From a virus: 64,000 nt of DNA. Shown one piece after another: positions 8,166-16,670 of the stretch. The translations under genes were made by a program, and so were the position numbers. Each line of letters opens with the position of its first letter. Position 1 is the stretch's first letter. The stretch covers positions 1 to 64,000 of IMG/VR virus record IMGVR_UViG_3300037743_000151. One strand, given 5' to 3'. The notes beneath the pieces were generated by a model. It had not been told where the DNA came from. It made no database searches and was given only the letters and a program-made list of their open reading frames with translations.

Positions 8166-9638
8166 ATGAGTACGAGACTGACGGAACTGTCGCCAGACCA
8201 GGTGGCGGCTCTCGCCACTACCCGCGATAAATGGCTCGCCCACGGTCTCGCGACCGGCCCCGCCGACCGTGCGGAGGCGGAGGCGGGGGTGCGTGATGCG
8301 TATCGTGCTGCTGGTTTGGAGCCGCCGCAGACTGTGATCTGGCTTGACTCGCCGATGGCTGGCGCGATCGCTGCCTGGATGTTCACGACTGCTCGGGCTC
8401 AGGTCGGGGATCAGGTCGGGGCTCAGGTCCGGGCTCAGGTCTGGGCTCAGGTCCGGGATCAGGTCTGGGATCAGGTCTGGGATCAGGTCGGGGATCAGGT
8501 CTGGGCTCAGGTCGGGGATCAGGTCCGGGATCAGGTCTGGGATCAGGTCTGGGATCAGGTCGGGGATCAGGTCGGGGATCAGGTCGGGGCTCAGGTCCGG
8601 GCTCAGGTCCGGGCTCAGGTCGGGGATCAGGTCGGGGATCAGGTCCGGGATCAGGTCGGGGATCAGGTCTGGGCTCAGGTCCGGGATCAGGTCGGGGATC
8701 AGGTCTGGGCTCAGGTCGGGGATCAGGTCTGGGCTCAGGTCTGGGCTCAGGTCGGGGATCAGGTCCGGGATCAGGTCCGGGCTCAGGTCTGGGCTCAGGT
8801 CTGGGCTCAGGTCTGGGCTCAGGTCGGGGATCAGGTCCGGGCTCAGGTCGGGGATCAGGTCCGGGCTCAGGTCGGGGATCAGGTCGGGGATCAGGTCTGG
8901 GCTCAGGTCGGGGATCAGGTCCGGGCTCAGGTCGGGGATCAGGTCTGGGCTCAGGTCGGGGATCAGGTCGGGGATCAGGTCTACAAGGCCGTACCCGGAC
9001 AGCACGACGCCGGATGGCTCTCGTTCTACGACTACTTCCGCACCCACTGCACCATCCAAGAAGCCGACCGGCTCACCGGCATGATGCGCGTCTCCCAGTC
9101 CGCCGGCTGGTGGTGGCCCTTCCAGAACGCCGTCATCCTCACCGAACGTCCCACCAGCCTCCACCGCGACGGCCAAGGCCGCCTCCACAACGAGACCGGC
9201 CCCGCTCTCGCCTACCCCGACGGGTTCGCCATCTGGGCATGGCACGGCACCCGCGTGCCGCGCGACCTCATCGAAACCAACTGGAACCTCAAACAGATCT
9301 TCGACGAACCCAACGCGGAAATCCGCCGCTGCGCCATCGAAAAAATCGGCTGGGACCAGTTCATCCAAGAGTCCGGCCTACGCAAGGTGGCCTCCTGCCC
9401 CGACCCCGGGAACGCCCCCTACCACCTCGCCCTCTACGAGCTGCCCGAGCAGCTCGACAACCTCTACGACGAGCCAGCACGCATCCTCCTCGCCGTCAAC
9501 GGCAGCCCGGAACCCGACGGCGAACACCGCCGCTTCGGCCTGCCCGTCCCCGCACACCACACCGACCCCGTCGAAGCCGCAGCCGAAATGTACGGCTGGC
9601 CCGTGGCCGCCTACCAGCAGCTCGAACACCGCCGCTGA
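8166..9638 (+). CDS. DUF6745-like protein with central 49-unit tetrapeptide repeat
   Basis: ATG 8166 after AAGGAGA RBS (GTG 8163 also possible). Conserved N- and C-terminal domains flank ([D/A]QV[G/W/R])x49. The C-terminal WWWPF...ILTERP...HNETGPA pattern recalls DUF6745 (from memory). Confidence 0.75.
   Translation: MSTRLTELSPDQVAALATTRDKWLAHGLATGPADRAEAEAGVRDAYRAAGLEPPQTVIWLDSPMAGAIAAWMFTTARAQVGDQVGAQVRAQVWAQVRDQVWDQVWDQVGDQVWAQVGDQVRDQVWDQVWDQVGDQVGDQVGAQVRAQVRAQVGDQVGDQVRDQVGDQVWAQVRDQVGDQVWAQVGDQVWAQVWAQVGDQVRDQVRAQVWAQVWAQVWAQVGDQVRAQVGDQVRAQVGDQVGDQVWAQVGDQVRAQVGDQVWAQVGDQVGDQVYKAVPGQHDAGWLSFYDYFRTHCTIQEADRLTGMMRVSQSAGWWWPFQNAVILTERPTSLHRDGQGRLHNETGPALAYPDGFAIWAWHGTRVPRDLIETNWNLKQIFDEPNAEIRRCAIEKIGWDQFIQESGLRKVASCPDPGNAPYHLALYELPEQLDNLYDEPARILLAVNGSPEPDGEHRRFGLPVPAHHTDPVEAAAEMYGWPVAAYQQLEHRR
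8397..8984 (+). repeat. 49 tandem 12-bp in-frame repeats, consensus G[A/C]T CAG GTC [G/T/C]GG
   Basis: Read directly from the sequence. Every unit has invariant CAGGTC and GG. Only unit positions 2 and 10 vary. The last unit ends TAC. Confidence 0.95.
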
Positions 9639-9675
9639 CCGGCCACCACAACACCCATCACAGAAAGGCACACAC

Positions 9676-10089
9676 ATGATCACCCTGTCCCAGCTCGAAA
9701 CCCTGGCCGCCACCCGCGCCCTGGACCACCTCGACCGCGACGCAGCCCTACCCGTCGTCACCCGCGCCGCCTGCCAGGGCGACGTATCCGTCCTCCGCGT
9801 CACCACCCGGCCCGCCACCACCCCCATCCCGCAGGCCGGCGTCCCCGTCGTCCGCGGCGAGGCCGGAGGCAACACCCACTCCCTGCACGCCGCCCCCGCA
9901 TCGGGCGTGTGCTGGGCCCCGGCCGACGGCCGCGAGGGGGAACTGGCCCTCGGCACGCTCACCGTCCCGGCGGGCGCGGAGGCGTACCTGCTGCACCCGG
10001 AACACGGCGGAATGGCCATCGCCCCGGGCACCTACCGGATCGGCCGGCAGCGTGAGTGGGCTGGTGAGTGGCGTGTCGTCGCGGACTGA
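9676..10089 (+). CDS. hypothetical protein
   Basis: ATG after GAAAGG RBS; 137 aa; followed by two tandem hairpins. Confidence 0.6.
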   Translation: MITLSQLETLAATRALDHLDRDAALPVVTRAACQGDVSVLRVTTRPATTPIPQAGVPVVRGEAGGNTHSLHAAPASGVCWAPADGREGELALGTLTVPAGAEAYLLHPEHGGMAIAPGTYRIGRQREWAGEWRVVAD

Positions 10090-10108
10090 CCGTGTGACCA
10101 CCTGAATC

Positions 10109-10130
10109 GGCGGCCGCCCCAACGGCCGCC
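10109..10130 (+). terminator. GC hairpin
   Basis: GGCGGCCG (10109-10116) pairs with CGGCCGCC (10123-10130). Confidence 0.45.
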
Positions 10131-10132
10131 CA

Positions 10133-10168
10133 CCCGGGAGCCCGCCACTTCCCCCGCGGGCTCCCGGG
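10133..10168 (+). terminator. GC hairpin terminator (13-bp perfect stem)
   Basis: CCCGGGAGCCCGC (10133-10145) pairs with GCGGGCTCCCGGG (10156-10168). Confidence 0.55.
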
Positions 10169-10198
10169 CCCCCAACCACCAACAGGAAGAACCCCACC

Positions 10199-10399
10199 AT
10201 GACCGGCACCACCACCCGCGGCGACGCCCGCATCCGCCTCCGCGAACACGCCGCCCACCTCTACATCGAAGGCTGCACCATCGCGAGCACCGCCCGCCAG
10301 ATCGGCCGCTCCTACGGCTGCACCCGCACCCTCCTCCTCGAAGCCGGCGTCCGGCTCCGCAAGCCCGGCGGGCACCGCGGCACCACCTTCCGCAAGTAA
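10199..10399 (+). CDS. small helix-turn-helix DNA-binding protein
   Basis: ATG after CAGGAAG RBS; 66 aa. CTIASTARQIGRSYGCTRTLLLEAG looks like an HTH. Confidence 0.55.
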   Translation: MTGTTTRGDARIRLREHAAHLYIEGCTIASTARQIGRSYGCTRTLLLEAGVRLRKPGGHRGTTFRK

Positions 10400-10416
10400 C
10401 CGCATTGGAGGCCCCG

Positions 10417-10746
10417 ATGCCCGCCCAACAACCCACCCTCGACGGCACCCTCCCCACCCCGGACGACAGCCTCAGCTACCAGGAATGGGCCGACCACATC
10501 CGGCCCGCGTTCGTCGAGGCCGCCGAAGCCGGCCGCCGCTTCACCAGCTACGAAATCGCCCGCGACCACGACCTCCCCGAACCCGCCAACCCCCGTGCCG
10601 ACTGGGGCAACTTCGTTCAGTCCCTCGTCCGCGACCACGTCATCGAGCACTGCGGCTGGGACGAAACCATCCGCCCCGGCGGAGAGCACTCCGGGGTGAA
10701 GGTTTGGCGCGGCACACGCGCCGCACAAGCCGGACACGCCGCGTAA
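10417..10746 (+). CDS. hypothetical protein
   Basis: ATG 10417 five nt after GGAGG. Preferred over the TTG 10405 given in the ORF track. Confidence 0.55.
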   Translation: MPAQQPTLDGTLPTPDDSLSYQEWADHIRPAFVEAAEAGRRFTSYEIARDHDLPEPANPRADWGNFVQSLVRDHVIEHCGWDETIRPGGEHSGVKVWRGTRAAQAGHAA

Positions 10747-10802
10747 CCGCACACGACAACGGCCCCGCACAAGGCGAGGCCGGAGAGGAGGGAGGGGACG
10801 TG

Positions 10803-11141
10803 TCAGGAGTCGACAGCCAGGGCAGCCGAGTGGATCGCCTCGCGGATGATGCGGGACGTCGCCTCGTCGTAGGACTTCGCGTCAGCCCCCGGCGTCTGGG
10901 TGCGTCGGTGCAGCTCGTCGATGATCGCCCGGTCGCGAACCGCCTGTTCGTAGAACTCGGGCGGCACCACCATCGCCACCCTCTTGCCGCGCTCCGTGAA
11001 TGCGCCCGGCCGCTGGCCCCAGCTGACCTCACGGATCAGCGAGGTCAGCGCGGCGCGGGCGTCGGTCATTGCCACGTCGGCGACGCCGTCGTCCTTGATC
11101 TCGATCTTCGGGTGCAGGGCCATGGCCAGAGTGTAAGTCAT
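10803..11141 (-). CDS. Phd/YefM-family antitoxin-like protein (orphan)
   Basis: VAMTDARAALTSLIREV...GAFTERGKRVAMVVPPEFYEQ matches the Phd/YefM N-terminal fold signature. ATG 11141 has a GGAAGGA RBS (alternative starts 11165 and 11123). No toxin ORF lies on either side. Confidence 0.6.
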   Translation of the reverse strand: MTYTLAMALHPKIEIKDDGVADVAMTDARAALTSLIREVSWGQRPGAFTERGKRVAMVVPPEFYEQAVRDRAIIDELHRRTQTPGADAKSYDEATSRIIREAIHSAALAVDS

Positions 11142-11143
11142 TG

Positions 11144-11166
11144 CCAATCCTTCCAATATCACCAAT
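11144..11166 (-). promoter_or_regulatory. three ATTGG (top-strand CCAAT) direct repeats at 9-bp spacing over the RBS/5' region of the Phd-like gene
   Basis: CCAAT at 11144, 11153 and 11162, inside a locally AT-richer divergent intergenic region. Confidence 0.3.
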
Positions 11167-11247
11167 CTTTAAAGCAGTATGGCAGTGCAAGCCCGACACC
11201 GCCAGACCGCAAAACGAGCCATGCCAGATAGACGAAAGGAGGACTGC

Positions 11248-12033
11248 GTGACCGACATCGTGCAGGCACCGAACACCGAGGAAGCCCGAGCCCGAGCCGA
11301 CCGCATCCGCTCCGGCATGCGCGTCCTCGCCGCGTGGCAGCAAGACGTAATCGCCGCCTACGCCGCCCGCGACTGGGACACCCTCGGCTACGAGACATGG
11401 GACGCGTACATCGACGGCGAGTACGGCGAGCACCGCGTACGACTCCCGCGCGAGCAGCGCCGCGAGATCGTCGCCGGGATGTCCGCCGCGGGCATGTCCA
11501 CCCGAGCTATCGGGGCCGCAGTCGGTGTCCACCACGACACCGTGAACCGCGACGTTCAGGCGACTGTCGGAAATACGACAGACGACCAGCCGCGCACGGT
11601 GCTGTCCCTCGACGGTCGCGAGCGCCCGGCCACCCGTCCTGCGGTCGACGAGAACGTATGGATCGAGCCCGGCACGGACGAGGTGGTCGACGCCGAACTC
11701 GTCGACGAGCCCGCGCGCGCCGAGCCCTCCAGGCCGAAGCGTCGCCCCTTCCCCGAGGCGTTCACTGACGCCTCCCATGACCTCGCCCGCATCGCGGAAC
11801 GCCTCGACCGCCTGCGCGACGACGACCGGTTCACCCGCAACCGGCACCAGACCCACCACAGGGCCTCCGACATCGTCCGAGCCCTGGACTCCGTCACCCA
11901 ACTCGCCGTCGACATGGACCTGTCCACGGCTGAGACAAGCGAAGAGGCCCGCCGCTGGTGGGCGACGAGCCTCCACAAAATCTCCGACGCCCTGCGCGAC
12001 GTCGCCAACTCCCTCGAACAGGAGCACTCATGA
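11248..12033 (+). CDS. helix-turn-helix DNA-binding protein
   Basis: GTG 11248 after GAAAGGAGG RBS. The segment GMSTRAIGAAVGVHHDTVNRDV is HTH-like. Confidence 0.6.
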   Translation: MTDIVQAPNTEEARARADRIRSGMRVLAAWQQDVIAAYAARDWDTLGYETWDAYIDGEYGEHRVRLPREQRREIVAGMSAAGMSTRAIGAAVGVHHDTVNRDVQATVGNTTDDQPRTVLSLDGRERPATRPAVDENVWIEPGTDEVVDAELVDEPARAEPSRPKRRPFPEAFTDASHDLARIAERLDRLRDDDRFTRNRHQTHHRASDIVRALDSVTQLAVDMDLSTAETSEEARRWWATSLHKISDALRDVANSLEQEHS

Positions 12034-12911
12034 ACAACTCCATCGTACCGAGCCCCGCCCACGACGGCCCGATCTACACCGTCGTCGACATCACCCCCGA
12101 CCTCGCCAAGAAGTGGCTCGGCCAGAACACCCACAACCGCAACCTCCGCGAGCGCGTCGTCAACGGCTACGCCGCCGACATGCGCGACGGCAACTGGGTC
12201 GAGGACGGCCAGAGCATCAAGTTCGCCAAGGGCGACATCGTCCTCCTCGACAACCCGCCCATCATCGGCGGCGCACTTCTCGACGGCCAGCACCGTCTCA
12301 GCGCCGTCGCCACCGCCGACACCACCATCCGCATGCTCGTCGTCTCCAACCTGCTCGACAGCACGCAAGAGACCATGGACACCGGCGCCAAGCGCAGCCT
12401 CGGTGACGTCCTCAAGCTCCGCGGCGAGGACCACTATGTCTCGCTGGCCGCCGCTCTTCTCCGCGTCTTCGTGTGGAAGCACGGAGCCCGCCGGAACCTC
12501 AGGCTCGCAGGCGAAGCGCGCCCCACACACCGTCAGCTCCTCAAGGTCCTCGAAGAGCACCCTGAACTGCGACGTTCCGCCGAGATCTCTGGCCGTGTCA
12601 GGAGTTCCGTGCGCCTCACATCCAGCACCGCCGGCCTGTGCCACTGGCTCTTCAACCAGATCGACCAGGGCGACTGTGCCTTCTTCTTCGCCCGCCTCTG
12701 CGACGGCGCTGGCCTGATGCCCGGTGACCCCGTCTACGCCCTGCGCCGGGTGGTGGAGAACCTCGCCAAGGGGCCTGGCCGCCCCGACGAGGCATACATG
12801 ACCGCGCTGGTGATCAAGGCGTGGAACCTCTACCGGGCTGGCCAGGAAATCCAGACGCTCGCGTTCAAGTCTGGCGGCGCCACCCCGGAGGCGTACCCCG
12901 AACCCAAGTAG
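12030..12911 (+). CDS. ParB-like nuclease domain protein
   Basis: ATG 12030 (ATGA overlap). LLDGQHRL core motif of the ParB/Srx N-terminal domain; 293 aa. Confidence 0.7.
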   Translation: MNNSIVPSPAHDGPIYTVVDITPDLAKKWLGQNTHNRNLRERVVNGYAADMRDGNWVEDGQSIKFAKGDIVLLDNPPIIGGALLDGQHRLSAVATADTTIRMLVVSNLLDSTQETMDTGAKRSLGDVLKLRGEDHYVSLAAALLRVFVWKHGARRNLRLAGEARPTHRQLLKVLEEHPELRRSAEISGRVRSSVRLTSSTAGLCHWLFNQIDQGDCAFFFARLCDGAGLMPGDPVYALRRVVENLAKGPGRPDEAYMTALVIKAWNLYRAGQEIQTLAFKSGGATPEAYPEPK

Positions 12912-12920
12912 CCCCACCGC

Positions 12921-12944
12921 GGGGCCGTCCACCGCGGCGGCCCC
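12921..12944 (+). terminator. GC hairpin
   Basis: GGGGCCG (12921-12927) pairs with CGGCCCC (12938-12944). Confidence 0.4.
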
Positions 12945-12983
12945 GCTCCTCTCCCCAATCAGCACGGACGGAAGAAGCTCTTC

Positions 12984-13925
12984 ATGGCCTGGTTCGCCCT
13001 CGATGACGGGTTCGACACGCACCCCAAGGTGCGCAAGGCGGGCAACGCCGCCGTCGGTCTCTTCGTGCGCCTCGGCGTCCACGCCACCAGGCACCTCACC
13101 GAGGGCCACCTCGACGGCGACATCGTCCGCCAGTACGGCACCGAGCCCAACGTCCGCAAGCTCATCGCCGTCGGAATGCTCCACCCGTCCGGGCACACCT
13201 GCCCGCGGTGCGAGCAGCCGGCCGACGGCGACTACGTCATCCACGACTACCTCGACTACAACAAGTCCCGCGCGCAGATCGAAGCCGCCCGCGAGGCGGC
13301 CCGGAAGCGGCAGCAGAAAGGCCGCGACAACGCCCGCTCGAACCGGAATCGCGCTGGAAACGGCTCGGATTCGGGCTCGATTCGGAGCGGAAACGGATCC
13401 GAATCGGAGCGGAATCGGACCCGAAAAGACCCCCTGTTTGAGGACTCCACCGCAGGTCAGGAAGACCTGTCACGGCGTGACACCCATGAGGGTGCAACGG
13501 TTGTCCCCTCCCCTCCCCTCCCCTCCCATAACTACGACGGGGCTGAGGTAGATGGGGGATCTACCGGTAGTAGGGCCGCTGATCTTGACGCTTACGCGCC
13601 CACACCCATCGAGGTCGACGGCTTCCAACTGACCGACTCAATGCGCCGCTGGTCCGCCGCCACCTACCCCGGACTCGACATCGACCACGCCACCGCCCAG
13701 TTCATCTCCCACTACCGCTCCACCGGCGCCCGCCGGAAGTCGTGGCCCGACGCCTGGCAGAAGTGGATCCGCGACGACGCCAAAAAGGCCGCCGAGCGCC
13801 GCCCATACGGCACGTCGAACGTCATCGCCCTCCCCGGCCAGCACCAGCCCCTCACCGGCACCGACGCGAAAGTCGCCGGCTGGGCAGCCATCGCCGACCA
13901 ACTCCGCGAGCAGGGCTCAGCATGA
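12984..13925 (+). CDS. putative replication organiser / DNA-binding protein
   Basis: The N-terminus MAWFALDDGFDTHPKV... is typical of actinophage replisome-organiser-like proteins (from memory). Low-complexity linker, then a conserved C-terminal domain. Function uncertain. Confidence 0.45.
   Translation: MAWFALDDGFDTHPKVRKAGNAAVGLFVRLGVHATRHLTEGHLDGDIVRQYGTEPNVRKLIAVGMLHPSGHTCPRCEQPADGDYVIHDYLDYNKSRAQIEAAREAARKRQQKGRDNARSNRNRAGNGSDSGSIRSGNGSESERNRTRKDPLFEDSTAGQEDLSRRDTHEGATVVPSPPLPSHNYDGAEVDGGSTGSRAADLDAYAPTPIEVDGFQLTDSMRRWSAATYPGLDIDHATAQFISHYRSTGARRKSWPDAWQKWIRDDAKKAAERRPYGTSNVIALPGQHQPLTGTDAKVAGWAAIADQLREQGSA
13344..13418. repeat. five iteron-like CGGAWTCG motifs inside the linker-coding part of the putative replication gene
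   Basis: CGGAATCG 13344, CGGATTCG 13366, CGATTCG 13378, CCGAATCGG 13399, CGGAATCGG 13410. Confidence 0.5.
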
Positions 13926-14080
13926 CCGGCCGCCAGCTCCCCGACGACTGCCCCTGCCCATGGGTGCGACACCCCGACGGCAACCCCTGGATCCGCTGGC
14001 CCCACCCCAACTGCCCGCACCACAGCCCGCCCTTCCGGGCCGGCCCGCCCACCACCTCGATCCGAAAGGCCGAGCGATGA
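13922..14080 (+). CDS. small hypothetical protein (52 aa)
   Basis: ATG 13922 (ATGA overlap) in the 13742..14080 ORF; Cys/His/Pro-rich. Confidence 0.35.
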   Translation: MTGRQLPDDCPCPWVRHPDGNPWIRWPHPNCPHHSPPFRAGPPTTSIRKAER

Positions 14081-14814
14081 ACCCCACCGAAGCGGCCGAA
14101 CTCCTCGGCCACTGCTCCTCCTTCGACAACCGCAAGCCGTCCCTTGCCGCCGCCGTCGCGTGGGCATCCGCCCTGCACGACATCCCGCTGGATGCCGACG
14201 CCAAGGCCGCCGTCGCCAGCTACTACACGACGCCGCCGAGGGATCCGGACGCCAAGTTGTGGATCATGCCGCACCACGTCCGCACCCTCCGCTCGAAGCT
14301 TCGGTCCGTGCGGCTGGAGAACTTCCGGTACGAGCCCATCGCGGGCGAGACCGTCGGCGAGTTCATGGCCCGTTACCGCGGCCAGGTCCAAGCCATCGCT
14401 TCCGGCCGCATCCCGGCCCCGTCCGGCCGGCTCGCGCTGGAGGGCGGACCGACGCGGGAGTTCATGCAGGAGCTGGAGGCCCGCGGCTGGGACGGCCTCC
14501 GCACGGTCCCCGACTCCGACGAGGAAGCCGCCGCCAACACCGTGCGCCGGGCCGGTCCGCTCGGCGTGATCTGCCCCGCCTGCTCCGCGGCCATAGGACG
14601 CCCGTGCAAGACGCCGGGGGGCAACGACCGTCAGCCGCTCGGCAAGCCGCGCCTCAAGCCCCACAGCGCCCGCCTGAGAGCCGCTCAGGGCGTCCCGGAG
14701 GCCACGGAGGCGGAACGGGCCGCACGCGAGCAGCGGATCCGCGAGAGAGCCGCACAGCACCTCGCCCAACACGACGACGACATCCCCGACGCCGAGATCG
14801 TCGAGACCCCGTGA
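14077..14814 (+). CDS. hypothetical protein with C-terminal zinc-ribbon-like motif
   Basis: ATG 14077 (ATGA overlap); 245 aa; motif CPACSAAIGRPCKTPGG...KPHSAR. Confidence 0.6.
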   Translation: MNPTEAAELLGHCSSFDNRKPSLAAAVAWASALHDIPLDADAKAAVASYYTTPPRDPDAKLWIMPHHVRTLRSKLRSVRLENFRYEPIAGETVGEFMARYRGQVQAIASGRIPAPSGRLALEGGPTREFMQELEARGWDGLRTVPDSDEEAAANTVRRAGPLGVICPACSAAIGRPCKTPGGNDRQPLGKPRLKPHSARLRAAQGVPEATEAERAAREQRIRERAAQHLAQHDDDIPDAEIVETP

Positions 14815-14966
14815 CCCGCCACCCGCCCGCCTGGCAGATCCGCTGCCCCTGGTGCCACGCCCCACCCGGTACCCGCTGCACCAGCCCCCGCGGCCGACGA
14901 CTCGCCATCGACACCCACGACGCACGCACCACCGCATGGACCCGACGACCCCAGGAGACCAAGTGA
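14811..14966 (+). CDS. small zinc-ribbon-like protein (51 aa)
   Basis: GTG 14811 (GTGA overlap). CPWCHAPPGTRCTSPRG...THDAR repeats the motif of the upstream gene. Confidence 0.4.
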   Translation: MTRHPPAWQIRCPWCHAPPGTRCTSPRGRRLAIDTHDARTTAWTRRPQETK

Positions 14967-15301
14967 CCGCCACGCCCGAGCCCGTCGTCCGCGCCACGCA
15001 GTACGCCGTCAACTGCCTCCCCGAAGACGGCATCGACAGCCACGTCTTCGAGATCACCGTCGAATACCGCGGCAACGACCGGTGGGCCGTCAAACGCCAC
15101 TCCCAATGCCTCGACATCAACGGCGTCTGGGACTGGGAGATGCGCCCCTCCGAACGCGAAGACGACTGGCTCGACACCCACCGCTTCGACCTCGACACGG
15201 CGCTGCGGCTCGCGAAGGAACAGGCGCCGCTCGTCACCGTGAACGGGCACACCGTCACCGACGCCCTCCGTCTGGCACAGCAACGACGGGAAGCCCAGTG
15301 A
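14963..15301 (+). CDS. hypothetical protein
   Basis: GTG 14963 (GTGA overlap); 112 aa. Confidence 0.55.
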   Translation: MTATPEPVVRATQYAVNCLPEDGIDSHVFEITVEYRGNDRWAVKRHSQCLDINGVWDWEMRPSEREDDWLDTHRFDLDTALRLAKEQAPLVTVNGHTVTDALRLAQQRREAQ

Positions 15302-15525
15302 CCGCGCCCGTGGTCCTGTGTCGCTGCGGTCGCCGTCTTCGTACGCCGGAGTCCCGCGCCGTCGGCATCGGCCCCGTATGCGCCAGGAAGCTAGCTGGAT
15401 TGCCCGCAGACGGCCGCGCAGCCTCTCAGGGCACCCGACTGCCACCCGGACTCTCGCAACGCCCCACGCGCCTTCCTACGCCCCCACAGCCCGGACAGAC
15501 CGAACTCCCCCTGGAGGACACGTGA
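15298..15525 (+). CDS. DUF6011-like protein
   Basis: GTG 15298 (GTGA overlap). CRCGRRLRTPESRAVGIGPVC matches the DUF6011 pattern (from memory). Confidence 0.5.
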   Translation: MTAPVVLCRCGRRLRTPESRAVGIGPVCARKLAGLPADGRAASQGTRLPPGLSQRPTRLPTPPQPGQTELPLEDT

Positions 15526-15725
15526 CCCCGCTGGAGCGCCTCATGCAGGAAGCCATCCCGGTACGCCCCCCAGCCAAGCCCGCCTACGAGCCCTGGACCC
15601 CCGAGGAACAAGCCCAACACCGCGCCGACCTCGCCGCCGCCGTAGCCGACTGGCACTCCAACGACCACCGCGACATCCGCAAACGCACCCGCCACCACCG
15701 CCTCACCACCCGCACCGCCGCCTGA
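15522..15725 (+). CDS. hypothetical protein
   Basis: GTG 15522 (GTGA overlap); 67 aa. Confidence 0.45.
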   Translation: MTPLERLMQEAIPVRPPAKPAYEPWTPEEQAQHRADLAAAVADWHSNDHRDIRKRTRHHRLTTRTAA

Positions 15726-15750
15726 CGCCGCGACCCGAAAGGCCAACCAC

Positions 15751-16209
15751 ATGACCAGCCCCACCCGCATCCAACGCCGCACCAAGGGATGGACCCTCGG
15801 CAGGGCAGCCGACCCCATCCGAGGCGGCGTCATCGTCAGCCGCCCCTCCCGCTACGGCAACCCCTGCAAGATCGCACTGATGCAGGAGATGGGCTACGAA
15901 GACCCGCACGCCGCAGCCGCCGACAACTTCCGCATCTGGCTCGCCGGATCCCGCTCCGACGCACCCACCGACGAAGCCGACCGCCGCCGCGAACGCATCC
16001 TCGCCGGACTCCACCTGCTGCGCGGCAAAGACCTCGCCTGCACCTGCGCCTACGGCAAGGCATGCCACGCCGACGAGTTGCTGCGCCGCGCCAACATGCC
16101 CGCCGCCGAACTCGCCGCCTGGATCAACGTCGTCCGCGCCCGCGTCGACCGCCAGCGGATCGCCTGGGGCGAACAGCCCATGTACAGCCCCACCCCCGCC
16201 CGCCCGTGA
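15751..16209 (+). CDS. DUF4326-like protein
   Basis: RRTKGW...VSRPSRYGNP...LRGKDLACTC...CHADELL matches the DUF4326 pattern (from memory). Confidence 0.65.
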   Translation: MTSPTRIQRRTKGWTLGRAADPIRGGVIVSRPSRYGNPCKIALMQEMGYEDPHAAAADNFRIWLAGSRSDAPTDEADRRRERILAGLHLLRGKDLACTCAYGKACHADELLRRANMPAAELAAWINVVRARVDRQRIAWGEQPMYSPTPARP

Positions 16210-16297
16210 TCACTACCGCGAACCCGCCGACACCCAGACGCCCATCACAACACGCAGCGTCTCGCCACCCGCCCGCCACACACAGCTTGGAGACGAC

Positions 16298-16597
16298 ATG
16301 ACCACACCCGCCGACGAACTCCGCACCGCCGCCCAGGCGCTGCGTCCATCCTCGCCCGCAGTCGCCGCTCACACCGTGGCGGTACGGATCACACCCGCTG
16401 TCGCGGAGGCCTTCGCCGACTGGCTGGCCGAGACCGCCGAGCACCACGACGCCTCTGTGGTCGCCGCTCGGCAGGTGTGGGGCAGCGAGGCTGAGGACGA
16501 GGCGCATGAGTGGCTCACCACCGGCTACGGCCGCGTGGCCCCGCAGGCGCTTGCCGTCGCTCGCGCGATCAACGCTGCCGCTTCTCCCGCCCCGTGA
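16298..16597 (+). CDS. hypothetical protein
   Basis: ATG after GGAGA RBS; 99 aa; followed by a hairpin. Confidence 0.55.
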   Translation: MTTPADELRTAAQALRPSSPAVAAHTVAVRITPAVAEAFADWLAETAEHHDASVVAARQVWGSEAEDEAHEWLTTGYGRVAPQALAVARAINAAASPAP

Positions 16598-16608
16598 CCG
16601 CAGAAGGC

Positions 16609-16633
16609 CGCCCGCTGATCGAAGCAGCGGGCG
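16609..16633 (+). terminator. GC hairpin terminator
   Basis: CGCCCGCTG (16609-16617) pairs with CAGCGGGCG (16625-16633). Confidence 0.5.
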
Positions 16634-16670
16634 CCCGGCCCAACCATCCCACACACACCGGAGGACACCC

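Noticed and set aside
8397-8984. Possible CRISPR array, given the highly regular short repeats.
   Set aside because: The units are contiguous 12-mers with no spacers, are in frame within a gene, and no cas genes or leader are present.
8091-9368. ORFs reading the 12-bp repeat in other frames or on the other strand (8344..9084 SGIRSGLRS repeats; 8091..9368 minus-strand LIPDLSPD repeats).
   Set aside because: Only the 8166..9638 frame connects conserved non-repetitive N- and C-terminal domains and has an RBS. The other frames stay open only because the repeat contains no stop codon in any frame.
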